Below, in pieces: positions 28,987-37,838 of a stretch of 64,000 bases of DNA. The stretch is taken from positions 468,016-532,015 of the forward strand of contig CAWFTO010000002.1 in NCBI GenBank assembly GCA_963818845.1, written 5' to 3'. The translations under genes and the position numbers were made by a program. Within the stretch, counting starts at the first letter, position 1. Each line of letters starts with the position of its first letter. Source of the stretch: Vulcanimicrobiota bacterium (lineage in GTDB: Bacteria > Vulcanimicrobiota > Vulcanimicrobiia > Vulcanimicrobiales > Vulcanimicrobiaceae). The notes beneath the pieces are model-generated. The model saw only the letters and a program-made list of their open reading frames with translations, was not told where the DNA came from and made no database searches.

Positions 28987-29555
28987 GACGCCACCCGCGC
29001 AGGCACGCCGTGCGCCGCCAACACGAACCGCGCATGCGCGAGCGCGCGCTCCACGCGCTCCCGCAAACGCGGCGAGCACACCGCCACAACACGCGTAGAC
29101 TCGCCATCGGACCGCACCAAAACCTGCACGCGCCCACCCCCATCCCGCACCACAAACGACATGACCGCACTCCGCCGCGCGCCGTCGCGCAGCGCCGCGC
29201 GCGCCCCAATCTCACGCGCCACGCCGCGCGCGAGCGGCGAAGCCGCAATGCGCCGTCCCCCCAACTCCGTCACCTCGCTCGCGCCCGCCCGGCCGTGCGC
29301 ACGCGCGGTATCCCCGCGGGGCCTCGCGGAGCCCGATCCGCCAGGACTGGCGGATCGCGCGGAGCGCGGAGCCTGACGTTCGCCCACGACGGGCGAACGT
29401 GAGGCGTCCCCGGCGGGGATACCGCGCGTGCGCACGGCCGGGCCGCCACCACCCTCGGCGATGTGCAGAGCACTGTACCAAGCCTGCGAGAGCGCCCTAC
29501 GATCCGTCCGCGCCAAATCGGTCGCGACCACCGCGACATCCAACGTCTGCTGCAT
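28983..29555 (-). CDS. Short FliK/SctP-like protein
   Basis: 190 aa; low-complexity middle, then a T3S4-like C-terminus (VQVLVRSDGESTRVVAVCSPRLRERVERAL); fliK position in the operon. Confidence 0.5.
   Translation of the reverse strand: MQQTLDVAVVATDLARTDRRALSQAWYSALHIAEGGGGPAVRTRGIPAGDASRSPVVGERQAPRSARSASPGGSGSARPRGDTARAHGRAGASEVTELGGRRIAASPLARGVAREIGARAALRDGARRSAVMSFVVRDGGGRVQVLVRSDGESTRVVAVCSPRLRERVERALAHARFVLAAHGVPARVAS
29287..29443. repeat. Palindromic element with 31-bp terminal inverted repeats and two inner hairpins, inside a CDS
   Basis: 29287-29317 and 29413-29443 are perfect reverse complements; inner GATCCGCCA-GGAC-TGGCGGATC and ACGTTCGCCC-ACGAC-GGGCGAACGT. Confidence 0.88.
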
Positions 29556-29637
29556 CGATCGTCCTCCGCAGCCGACGATACCGCGCCGAGCACGCCGAGA
29601 CGGTTACGCGCATGTTGCCGCGTTGCGCGGCGGCAGT

Positions 29638-31245
29638 CTACCTGCGCGCCGTGCGCTTGCGGCCGTCGTCGAAGCTCGCGCCGGGCGCGAGGTACATGCC
29701 GGCATTGCCGATGTCGAAGGTCGCGACGAAGTTGCGGAGGACGCCGAGGCCGACGTTGCCGGCGTCGACGCGGTCGGCGAACGCACCCTGCTTCGCGAGA
29801 ACGACGTCGACGCTGCGATGGAAGAGGTCGAAGCCGCCGAGCTCGACGGCGTCGAGCGACGTGCGGTACGTCGCGTTCGCGCCGCCGATGCCGTAGCTCC
29901 AGGACGGCAGCGCCGAGAACGGCACGATGCCGGGGTGCGCGTCGAGGAACGGGCGGTAGAGCAGCATCTCGCCGCTGTTGCCGGTGTCGACGATGAACGG
30001 CGCGTCGAGGCGTCCGTTGACGCGCACTTTCGCTTCGGCGAGCTCGCGGTCCACGTCGAGGTCGATGTGCGTTCCGCGCGGCGTGAACGAGCCCGGCGGT
30101 CCGAACCGCAGCACGCCGGCGGCGAAGTCCATCTCGACGACGGCCGAAGCGAAGAACGGATAGCCCAGGATGCCGTCGATCTTCGCGCCGCCGAACAGGC
30201 TGCGGCCGATGTCGAGCGACGAGACGACGACCTCGTTCATCGGCACACCATCGATCTCGAGCTTCGGCAGCACGGCGGTCACGAGTCCGCCGCTGCGCCC
30301 GGCGCCGCGCACTTCCATCGCGCCCTCGCCGGCGACGCCGGCAGCCTTGAGCACGGCGGTGTCGACGAGGATGGACTGCGCGCCGGTGTCGAGCAGAAAG
30401 AACCAGTCGCGGTTCGCGATGCGCACCTGGATGCCGACGTGACCGTCGCGCTCGATCAGCGGCACGGTGTGCACGCCCGACGTGAGCGCGCGCGCTTCGA
30501 GCAGCGTGAACGCGCTCGGATCGACGGGTACGCCGACGCGCACCGACGTCGTCTGCTGCACGGTGTCGAACCGGTGGTCGCCGTCGGTGAGCACGTTGCG
30601 GAAGGCGATCTTGCGCCCGTCGACGTCGCGCCAGTCCGAGTAGTCGACGTACGACGGTCCGTCGCCGTCGAGGTATTCGAGGCGCAGCGGCAAGCCCGTC
30701 GACGGGTCGATCCACAGCGTCTCGGGCTCGCCGCCGTCGGCGTTGACTTCCAGGCGCCACGCCTTGACGTCGCCGTCGTCGCCCCAGCCTGCGAACCGCG
30801 CGCGCTCGGGATGACGCACGAAGTCGCCGGAGCCGATCAGCTCGTCGGTCAGCGCGCGGCGGCGCAGATATCCGCGCAGCTCGCGCACGTTGCCGTTCGC
30901 GTTGCGGACGTAGATGCGGTCGCCTAGACGCAGCGTCGTCTCGCGACGCGGTCCCATCACGTCGTCCTCGCGTTCGCGCTCGCCGTCGCGCACGGTGCGG
31001 AACGTGCCGCTGAGACCTTCGCCTTCGAGCGTCCCTTCGGCGACGTACGACGTGATGTCGTCGGAATGCGTCGCACGGTCGTACGCGGCGAGAATCGTCG
31101 CGACGGGGACGTCGAGCGACGTCGCGGGCCTGTTCGCCGCGCGCGCGGGAAGCGCGCAGAGCGTCAGCGCGACCGCGCTAACGGCCGCTGCTGTACGAGT
31201 CGAACGAAGCCAAGACGTTTTGGACGTAGTTGCGGGTCTCCGCAT
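29638..31245 (-). CDS. Secreted aspartyl protease with two retropepsin-like domains
   Basis: Signal peptide (AVALTLCALPARA), FLLDTGAQ and FIVDTGNS catalytic motifs, IDGILGYPFF and GNVGLGVLRNF flaps. Start uncertain. Confidence 0.82.
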   Translation of the reverse strand: MRRPATTSKTSWLRSTRTAAAVSAVALTLCALPARAANRPATSLDVPVATILAAYDRATHSDDITSYVAEGTLEGEGLSGTFRTVRDGEREREDDVMGPRRETTLRLGDRIYVRNANGNVRELRGYLRRRALTDELIGSGDFVRHPERARFAGWGDDGDVKAWRLEVNADGGEPETLWIDPSTGLPLRLEYLDGDGPSYVDYSDWRDVDGRKIAFRNVLTDGDHRFDTVQQTTSVRVGVPVDPSAFTLLEARALTSGVHTVPLIERDGHVGIQVRIANRDWFFLLDTGAQSILVDTAVLKAAGVAGEGAMEVRGAGRSGGLVTAVLPKLEIDGVPMNEVVVSSLDIGRSLFGGAKIDGILGYPFFASAVVEMDFAAGVLRFGPPGSFTPRGTHIDLDVDRELAEAKVRVNGRLDAPFIVDTGNSGEMLLYRPFLDAHPGIVPFSALPSWSYGIGGANATYRTSLDAVELGGFDLFHRSVDVVLAKQGAFADRVDAGNVGLGVLRNFVATFDIGNAGMYLAPGASFDDGRKRTARR

Positions 31246-31798
31246 ACGGTGGTACCCCACCATACTTCTCCACCGCACCCGGGCCCGCATTGTAGGCGGC
31301 GACGGCGAGCCGCGTATCGCCGCCGAAGCGGTCGAGCAAGCCGCGCAGATACCGCGTGCCGCCTGCGACGTTCTGTACGGGATCGTACGCGTCGCGAACG
31401 CCGAGCGACGCCGCCGTGTCCGGCATGAGCTGCATGAGGCCTTGCGCGCCCGTCTTCGACGTCGCGTTCGCGTTGAAGCCGGACTCGTTCGCAATGACGG
31501 CCTTGACGAGCGCGGGATCGACCTGCCACGCCGAGGCGTTCTGCTGCACGAGCGCGTCGACGTCGGCCGGCGCGACGGGAGCCGCCGCACGCGCAGGCAT
31601 GCCGCTGCCGGGCGCATCCGTGCCGCCCGCGTCCAGACCGTAGCCGCGGAGTCCCGGATGCAGCGCGCTCGCCAGGGCGGTCGCGAACCGCGGCGCGCCG
31701 ACGGATGCATCGGGCTGCGCGACGGCCGCAGGCGGCTGCACCCCGGTGATCTGCGCGATGCGGCTTTGCACCGCCGCCATCTCGGCGAAGACGTCCAT
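31178..31798 (-). CDS. Lytic transglycosylase (SLT domain)
   Basis: AVIANESGFN, GAQGLMQLMPDTA, NVAGGTRYL, AAYNAGPG, ETRNYV. Confidence 0.93.
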   Translation of the reverse strand: MDVFAEMAAVQSRIAQITGVQPPAAVAQPDASVGAPRFATALASALHPGLRGYGLDAGGTDAPGSGMPARAAAPVAPADVDALVQQNASAWQVDPALVKAVIANESGFNANATSKTGAQGLMQLMPDTAASLGVRDAYDPVQNVAGGTRYLRGLLDRFGGDTRLAVAAYNAGPGAVEKYGGVPPYAETRNYVQNVLASFDSYSSGR

Positions 31799-33039
31799 CA
31801 CGTCAAGATATCGGCCAGGCGGCACAGGAGCGTGAGGGTTTCGGCCGGCTCGGACGGCTCGTCGCCCTGGACGAGGAAGCGGTCGAGGTCGGATTCGTAC
31901 GCCGCGCAGCGTGCGAGGAACGGCTCCGCGCCCGCGATACCGAGGCTGCGGGCGTCCCGCGACGCGTCCAGCGCCGCCACGGCCGCCCGCACCACCCGCG
32001 CGGCGGCGACGTGCGCGGGAGATCCGGCGGCCGCGAGCGTGCGGCTGGCGCTGCGCGGCACGTCGATCGCGGGGAACCGTCCCGCGTGCGCGAGGCGCTC
32101 GGCCAGGACGAGGTGTCCGTCGAGGGCGGCGCGCGCCGCGGTCACGACGGGATCGTGCTCGTCGATGCCGTCGGCGAGCACCGAGGCGACCAGGGTCACG
32201 GAGGCGTCGCGCGTGCGTCCGGCACGCTCGAGCAGGCGCGCGAGCAGCGCGAACACGCTGGCCGGGTATCCGCCGCGGCCGGCCGGCTCGCCCGCCGCGA
32301 TGGCGACGTCGCGGGCTGCCGCGCAGACGCGCGCGAGGGAGTCCACCACCAGCAGCACGTCGAGCCCGCGCGCGCGCAGTGCGGCCGCCTGCGCGAACGC
32401 GACCTCGGCGGCGCGAACGCGTTCGGCGGCGGACCGATCCGCCGTCGCGCAGACGACCGTGGTGCGCGCGTCGATGTGCGCGATGCGGCGTTCCGCTTCC
32501 CGGCCGCGCTCGCCGATCAGCGCGACGACGACGGCATCGCAGCGCGCGCCGCGCGCGATCGCGTCGAGCAGCGATGATTTTCCCGTGCCCGCCCCGCCGA
32601 TGACGCCGACCCGCGCGCCGCGCGCGATCGCGAGGGGGCCGTCGACGGCGCGGACGCCGGTCCAGAGCACGTCGTCGCAGGGAAGGCGTTCGGCCGGCGC
32701 CGGCGCGAGGGCATCGCACGCGTGCAGCCGCCCGCGCGGCGTCGCACGGCCGTCGAGCGGATGCGCGGCGCCGTCGATCGCGCGCCCGAGCAGCGGCGTG
32801 CCGAGCGGGACGCGCAACGCCGTCGCGACCGCCTCGACGCGGTCGCCCGCGGCGACGCCGTCGAGAGCGCCGAACGGCGCGGCGACGGCGCGCTCGCCGT
32901 CGAGCGCGACGATGCGCGCGTGCACGGCGCGGTCGCGCGCGCAGATCCGCACGCCGTCACCGACGCGCGCGAACGGCAGGCGCACGTGCGCGAGGCCGCC
33001 GCGCGCGGCATCGACGCGACCCACGGGGCGCCCCGTCAT
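31798..33039 (-). CDS. fliI: FliI/SctN export ATPase
   Basis: Walker A GGAGTGKS, LIGERGRE, Walker B LLVVDSLAR, GEPAGRGGYPASVF, LDGHLVL, FPAIDV. Confidence 0.92.
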   Translation of the reverse strand: MTGRPVGRVDAARGGLAHVRLPFARVGDGVRICARDRAVHARIVALDGERAVAAPFGALDGVAAGDRVEAVATALRVPLGTPLLGRAIDGAAHPLDGRATPRGRLHACDALAPAPAERLPCDDVLWTGVRAVDGPLAIARGARVGVIGGAGTGKSSLLDAIARGARCDAVVVALIGERGREAERRIAHIDARTTVVCATADRSAAERVRAAEVAFAQAAALRARGLDVLLVVDSLARVCAAARDVAIAAGEPAGRGGYPASVFALLARLLERAGRTRDASVTLVASVLADGIDEHDPVVTAARAALDGHLVLAERLAHAGRFPAIDVPRSASRTLAAAGSPAHVAAARVVRAAVAALDASRDARSLGIAGAEPFLARCAAYESDLDRFLVQGDEPSEPAETLTLLCRLADILT

Positions 33040-33545
33040 GCGAGCTCCTCGAGGACGACCGCGATCCGCGCGCCGAGCCGCGCGTCGACCGCGCCGCCGT
33101 GCAGCTCGACGATCGCGTCGCCGGCGTCGAGCGCGTCGTCCGGCACGACGGCGACCTCGCGCACGCACGCGCTCTCACCGGGCGCGACGCGGATGCAGAC
33201 GGCCGGTGCACGCCGCACGACGTCGCGTACGATCGCTTCGATGTCGCACGGCGCAAGGCGCAGCTCGCGCGCGACGACGCGCACGGCGAGCTCGCGCAAC
33301 AAGCGCGGCACCGCTTCGTCGAGCGCGTCGGCGAGCCGCGCGCGGAACAGGCGCGCGTCGCGCAGCGCGTTCCGGAACGCCTCGTCGTCCGCCGGTCTGG
33401 ATGCGAGCGAGGCATCCACCGTCGCGCCGGCTTCGGCGTCCGGCGCACTCGGCGGCGGAGCGCCGTCGCCTGCCGGCTCGCCGGCGTCGACCGCCGGAGC
33501 GCGCGGGCGCAGCAGCTCCGCAAGCGTGACGAACTCAGCGCCCAC
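33036..33545 (-). CDS. fliH: FliH/SctL-like ATPase regulator (short)
   Basis: C-terminal VVPDDALDAGDAIVELHGGAVDARL FliH pattern; directly upstream of fliI. Confidence 0.75.
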   Translation of the reverse strand: MGAEFVTLAELLRPRAPAVDAGEPAGDGAPPPSAPDAEAGATVDASLASRPADDEAFRNALRDARLFRARLADALDEAVPRLLRELAVRVVARELRLAPCDIEAIVRDVVRRAPAVCIRVAPGESACVREVAVVPDDALDAGDAIVELHGGAVDARLGARIAVVLEELA

Positions 33546-34996
33546 GCAACAGCTCCTCGACGGACGGGAGCAGCGCGCGATTCGCGTTCGGCAGCCGCCG
33601 CACGATCGCCGCGCGCTCGGCGCCGGCGTACAGTTCGAGCACGGCGGCCGCGCTGGCCGCGGGCAGCGACGCGATCACCGCGGCGGCGACGTGCGCCGGC
33701 TCGTCACGCAGCGCGTCGCGCACGCGATCGGGCGGAATCGCCGCCGCGTCGCGAACCGCGCCGCGCGCCGCGGCCGACTCGGCCGCGCGCGCCGCGACCA
33801 GCGCCAGCGGGCGCGCCGCCAGCGCGACGGCGACGACCACGGCGACGGCGGTCAGCGCCTGCGGCACCAGCCCGGCCGCGGTCGCGAGCCACGGCGAGGC
33901 CGTGCGCGCCGGTCCGTCGCCGCGCACGGTACCGGTGAACGCGACGGCTTCCACCGTCAGGACGTCGCCGCGGTCCGATCGCACGCCGGCCGCGGCAGCG
34001 GCGAGCGCGCGGATCTTCGTGAGGTCGAGCGCGCGCGCCGCGTCGACGAACACCGCCACCGTCAGCCGCGCCGTCGCACCGGGCCCCGCGACGCGATGTT
34101 CCTCGCGCGTCGCGCTGCCGCGGTCTTCGGTCGCGCTCGTCTTCGAGTACCGCTTCGCGCCGGATGCGTACCGCTCGTCGCTCGTCGTGCGCGCGAGGCT
34201 GCCGTCGAGCGCGGCGCGCCGGACGTCGTGCACGTCGCGCCGTTCGCCCAGCGGCTCGCGCCGCACGCGCACGATCGTCGCGCCGGCGCCGAATGCTGCG
34301 TCGAGCGCGCTCTGCAGCGCACCCTGCACGTCCTCGTCGTCCGCGTCGCCCGCAGCGAGCGCGCCGCGGTCGTCGATGACGGTAACGCGCTCGGGGTCGA
34401 GCCCCGGGACGCCGCCCGCGACGAACGACTTGATCGCCGCGACCGTCTGCGCGCTGGGATGCGCACCGGCCGCGAGCGTCAGACGCACGCCGGCCGTCGC
34501 ATCGCGATGCGGTTCGTCGGCGTAGACTCCGGCGGCCGACGGCGCGATCACGACGCGCGCGTCGACGATGCCGTCCACGCCGCGCAGCGCGAGCGCGAGG
34601 TCCGCGGCGAGCGCGTCGCGCGTCTGCGCTTCGAGCACGGTCTGCGGCGTGAGCGCGCCCGTGTGCGCGAGCGCCTCGCCGCTGCCCGCCAAGTGCGGCC
34701 GCGGGATGCCCGCGAGCGCGAGCCGCAGCAGCAGCTCGGGACGCTTCGGGCGCGCGACGCGCACGTTGTCCGCCTCCGGCGCATACGGCACGCCCCACGC
34801 CGCCAGGCGGGTTTCGACGTCGGCGAGCTGATCGGGTCGCAGCGCGCTCGAGAACAGCGCGACCCGCGTGTCGCGGGATGCGACGAACCCGGCGACGCCG
34901 AGCGCGAGCAGCAGCGCGACGGCTCCCGCGGCGCCGAGCCGGGCGCGCGCGCGGCCACGCGCGCACGCGCGCGAGCAGCGGGGCGTGCGGCACCAT
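33535..34996 (-). CDS. fliF: FliF/SctJ-like ring protein with FliG-middle-domain-like C-terminal extension (frame break near 34945)
   Basis: TM helix, LAAWGVPY, LRGVDGIVDARVVI, ATAGVRL, VAGGVPGL.PERVTVIDDRG, RLTVAVFVD, second TM, then LRDEPAHVAAAVIASL. ATG 34996 is one base out of frame. Confidence 0.8.
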
Positions 34997-35271
34997 CACA
35001 GCTGCATGCCGAGCAGCGTCGTCAGCGACTGCGCGGTGCGCTGCGCCGCGGTTGCGGCGATCTGCAGCGCGATGTCGGCGCGCGCGCGTTCGACCACCAT
35101 TTCCTGCAGGCCGCCGCGGTGCGCGGTGAACGCCGCCTCGGCACGGTCCGCTCCGTCGAGGATGGCACTCGCGGCGTCGACGAGACGCGCGAAGGCGTCC
35201 GTCGCCGGCGCGCCCGCGCGCGGGGTGCTCGGCGCAGCGGGACCGTCGGGCACGAGCACGTCGACGCGCAT
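34996..35271 (-). CDS. fliE: FliE basal-body protein
   Basis: LQEMVVERARADIALQIAATAAQRTAQSLTTLLGMQL matches the FliE C-terminus; correct operon position. Confidence 0.8.
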   Translation of the reverse strand: MRVDVLVPDGPAAPSTPRAGAPATDAFARLVDAASAILDGADRAEAAFTAHRGGLQEMVVERARADIALQIAATAAQRTAQSLTTLLGMQL

Positions 35272-35627
35272 CAGAGCCGTCCCACGTCCAGCGTGCGTTC
35301 GGCGAGCCGTTTGCCGACGTCGAAGACGCTGGCGTCCGCCTCGTACGCGCGCTGCGCATCGAGCACGGCGACCATCTCGGTGAGCGGGTCGGCGGTTTCG
35401 CCCGACGGCGCGACGCCGGCGATGCGCGTCCACGGCGTCTCGTCGTCGTCGAAGACCGGTTCGCCGTCGTCCGGCCGCCGCGACTCAACCTGCGCCACGA
35501 GCCGCGCGTACGGATGCTGCGGCGACGAGGCTTGCGCCGCCGCGACGTTGCGCGCGGCGACGTCGAGCATCGCCCGCTCGACGCCCATGCCGTCCGCGGC
35601 GATCGAAAGCACGTCGAACTCGCTCAT
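35271..35627 (-). CDS. flgC: FlgC-like rod protein (short)
   Basis: LSIAADGMGVERAMLDVAARNVA and DPLTEMVAVLDAQRAYEADASVF. Confidence 0.85.
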   Translation of the reverse strand: MSEFDVLSIAADGMGVERAMLDVAARNVAAAQASSPQHPYARLVAQVESRRPDDGEPVFDDDETPWTRIAGVAPSGETADPLTEMVAVLDAQRAYEADASVFDVGKRLAERTLDVGRL

Positions 35628-35815
35628 CGCGCGACGGTCCGCAACTCGGCAACGTGCGCGCGGATCGCGCCGAGCAGCGCCTCCTGGAACAGCGCCGCGC
35701 GCGCGATCCGCGCGGTCGCGCGCTCGTCCCGCGCGGCGTCCGGCGCGAGCCGCGCCACGTCGTCGCGCGCGGCGCGGGCCGCGTCGGCGGGCGGAAAGAT
35801 CGGGTCGTTCGTCAT
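35624..35815 (-). CDS. 63-aa FlgB-like remnant
   Basis: First gene of the operon, stop overlaps the flgC start; C-terminal helix ALFQEALLGAIRAHVAELRTVAR weakly FlgB-like. Confidence 0.45.
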   Translation of the reverse strand: MTNDPIFPPADAARAARDDVARLAPDAARDERATARIARAALFQEALLGAIRAHVAELRTVAR

Positions 35816-35859
35816 GGCCCGATGATCCGCCGTCGACATGAGCGGAAGGTTGCCGAAAC

Positions 35860-37593
35860 GTGAGGAAGCCCCGACCGGTGCCCGATGCGGTGAACGTTCC
35901 CGGCGAAGGCGGCGCGCTCGCGGCGCTGCGCAAGCGCGCCGGCGGCGACGCTTCCCTGCTCGCGGCCGTGACGGAAGCCGAGCGGGCATACGAGACGCTC
36001 GCCCTCGAACGGGCCGCGCTCCAGAGCCGTCTGGCCGCTTCGTCGACGAACGCCGACCGCGAGCTCGCGAAGCTCCGCACGCTCGGCCGCGTCGCGGAAA
36101 CGGTCAACTCCTCGCTCGAGCTCGACGTCGTGCTGCGCAGCGTCCTCGACACCGCCGTTGAGGTCATGAAGGCCGAGCGCGGCTTTCTGATGATCGCGAA
36201 CGCCGAGGGCGCCCTCGAGCTGACGACGACGTACGGCATCGACCGCGCGACGGTCGAAGGCGACGACATGCGCCCGTCGCAGACGACCGTGCGTCGCGTC
36301 TTCGAGACCGGCGAACCGGTCGTCACGACCGACGCGCAGCAGGACCCGCGGTTCAACGTCAACCTCTCCGTGCGCGCGCTGCGGCTGCGGTCGATCATCT
36401 GCGTGCCGCTGGCGATCAAGGCGCGCACGATCGGCGTCGTCTACCTCGACTCGCGCGTCGCCCCCGGACTGTTCTCGCCGCACGACCCCGACTTGCTGAC
36501 GGCCTTCGCAAACCAGGCCGCGCTCGCGATCGAGAACGCCCGGCTCTTCGACGCCGAGCGCGCGCGCGTTCGCGAGATCACGCGGCTCGAGCAGCTCCAG
36601 GCGCGCGTGCTGGGCTCGATCACGAGCGGCGTGATCACGCTCGACGGCAACGACGCGATCTCGACGTTCAACGACGCCGCCGCGCAAACGTTCGGCGTCG
36701 ACCGCGGAACGATGATCGGCAAGCCCGCGCGCGCGCTCGAAGCGCTCATACCCGGCATCACCACGCTGCTGCGCGACAACCTGCTGCCGACAAAGCCGGC
36801 CGAGATCGACGCGAGCCACCCGACGCGCGGTGCCCTGCATCTCGAGGTGCGCACGGCGCCGATCGAGCTGCCCGAAGGCACGGGAACGCACGGCTGGGCG
36901 ATCGCCGTCACCGACTTGACGGAACGCCGCAAGCTCGAACGCCTGCACGCGGCCGACGTCGAGCAGCGCCGCGCGATTCGCGACGCGTTCGCGCGCTATC
37001 TGGCGCCGCACGTCGTCGAGCAGTTGATGCACACGCCCGCCGGGGTCGCACTCGGCGGCGAGCGCGCGACCGCGACGGTGCTCTTCGCCGACATCGTCGG
37101 GTTCACGGAGCTCGCCGAGCGGCTCGAAGCCGAAGCGGTCGTCGACATCTTGAACGCGTTCTTCAGCGCCGCCGTGCAGATCGTGTTCGACCACGACGGG
37201 CTGCTCGACAAGTTCTACGGCGACGGGCTCATGGTCGTGTTCGGGCCGCCGCGCGTGCGCGAAGACGACGCGGAACGTGCGATTGCGGTCGCGCACGGTC
37301 TCCACCGCGCCGCACAGACGATTCAAGGCAACGGCGCACCGCTGCAGCTCGCGATCGGCATCGCGACGGGCGAAGTCGTCGCGGGCCACATCGGCAGCCC
37401 CAAGCGCATGGACTACACCGTCATCGGCGACGCCGCGAACCTCGCGAGCCGCCTCCAAGGCGCCTGCCCGCCGAAGAAGACGTACGCCGACGAAGCAACG
37501 TACATCCGGCTCTCGACGCGACCCGCCGCCGAAAAGCTGATCGCGAAAATCCGAGGCAAAGCCGACCCCGTCACGATCTACGCCGTCACGTAA
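35860..37593 (+). CDS. Class III adenylate cyclase with GAF and PAS domains
   Basis: GAF (SIICVPL...IGVVYLDS...FANQAALAIENARL), PAS, cyclase VLFADIVGFT, DKFYGDGLM, MDYTVIGDAANLASRL; Lys/Asp pattern of ATP-specific enzymes. Confidence 0.92.
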   Translation: MRKPRPVPDAVNVPGEGGALAALRKRAGGDASLLAAVTEAERAYETLALERAALQSRLAASSTNADRELAKLRTLGRVAETVNSSLELDVVLRSVLDTAVEVMKAERGFLMIANAEGALELTTTYGIDRATVEGDDMRPSQTTVRRVFETGEPVVTTDAQQDPRFNVNLSVRALRLRSIICVPLAIKARTIGVVYLDSRVAPGLFSPHDPDLLTAFANQAALAIENARLFDAERARVREITRLEQLQARVLGSITSGVITLDGNDAISTFNDAAAQTFGVDRGTMIGKPARALEALIPGITTLLRDNLLPTKPAEIDASHPTRGALHLEVRTAPIELPEGTGTHGWAIAVTDLTERRKLERLHAADVEQRRAIRDAFARYLAPHVVEQLMHTPAGVALGGERATATVLFADIVGFTELAERLEAEAVVDILNAFFSAAVQIVFDHDGLLDKFYGDGLMVVFGPPRVREDDAERAIAVAHGLHRAAQTIQGNGAPLQLAIGIATGEVVAGHIGSPKRMDYTVIGDAANLASRLQGACPPKKTYADEATYIRLSTRPAAEKLIAKIRGKADPVTIYAVT

Positions 37594-37617
37594 CCCTTCG
37601 ACAAGCTCAGGGTGACA
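37594..37617. repeat. Solo 24-bp REP-like repeat
   Basis: CCCTTCGACAAGCTCAGGGTGACA starts on the base after the cyclase TAA. Confidence 0.85.
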
Positions 37618-37677
37618 CGGTGTGACACCGGAAACACGCCGATCGAGCCGGCCCGCAGGGCCCGCGACGATCCCGCC

Positions 37678-37827
37678 GTGTCGCGGGTGCGGCACACTGT
37701 CTCGTCGGACCGTGTGAGCCTCGCGGGCGCAGGATGCGCACGAGCGAGGCGAAGACAGAGCGAGGGCCCGGACTGGATGTCCGGGCCCTCGCGTGTCCGA
37801 CGAGACAGTGTGCCGCACCCGCGACAC
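37678..37827. repeat. Palindromic element with perfect 33-bp terminal inverted repeats and inner hairpins
   Basis: 37678-37710 is the reverse complement of 37795-37827; inner 14-bp stem 37760-37792 (may also terminate rpsI) and GCGCA-GGA-TGCGC. Confidence 0.88.
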
Positions 37828-37838
37828 CGCCCCAATCT

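Noticed and set aside
20072-35815. Classical injectisome (Ysc/SPI-type T3SS)
   Set aside because: No secretin, needle, tip or translocon genes; FlgC, FliE, FlgG-like and FliN plus the gene order are flagellar.
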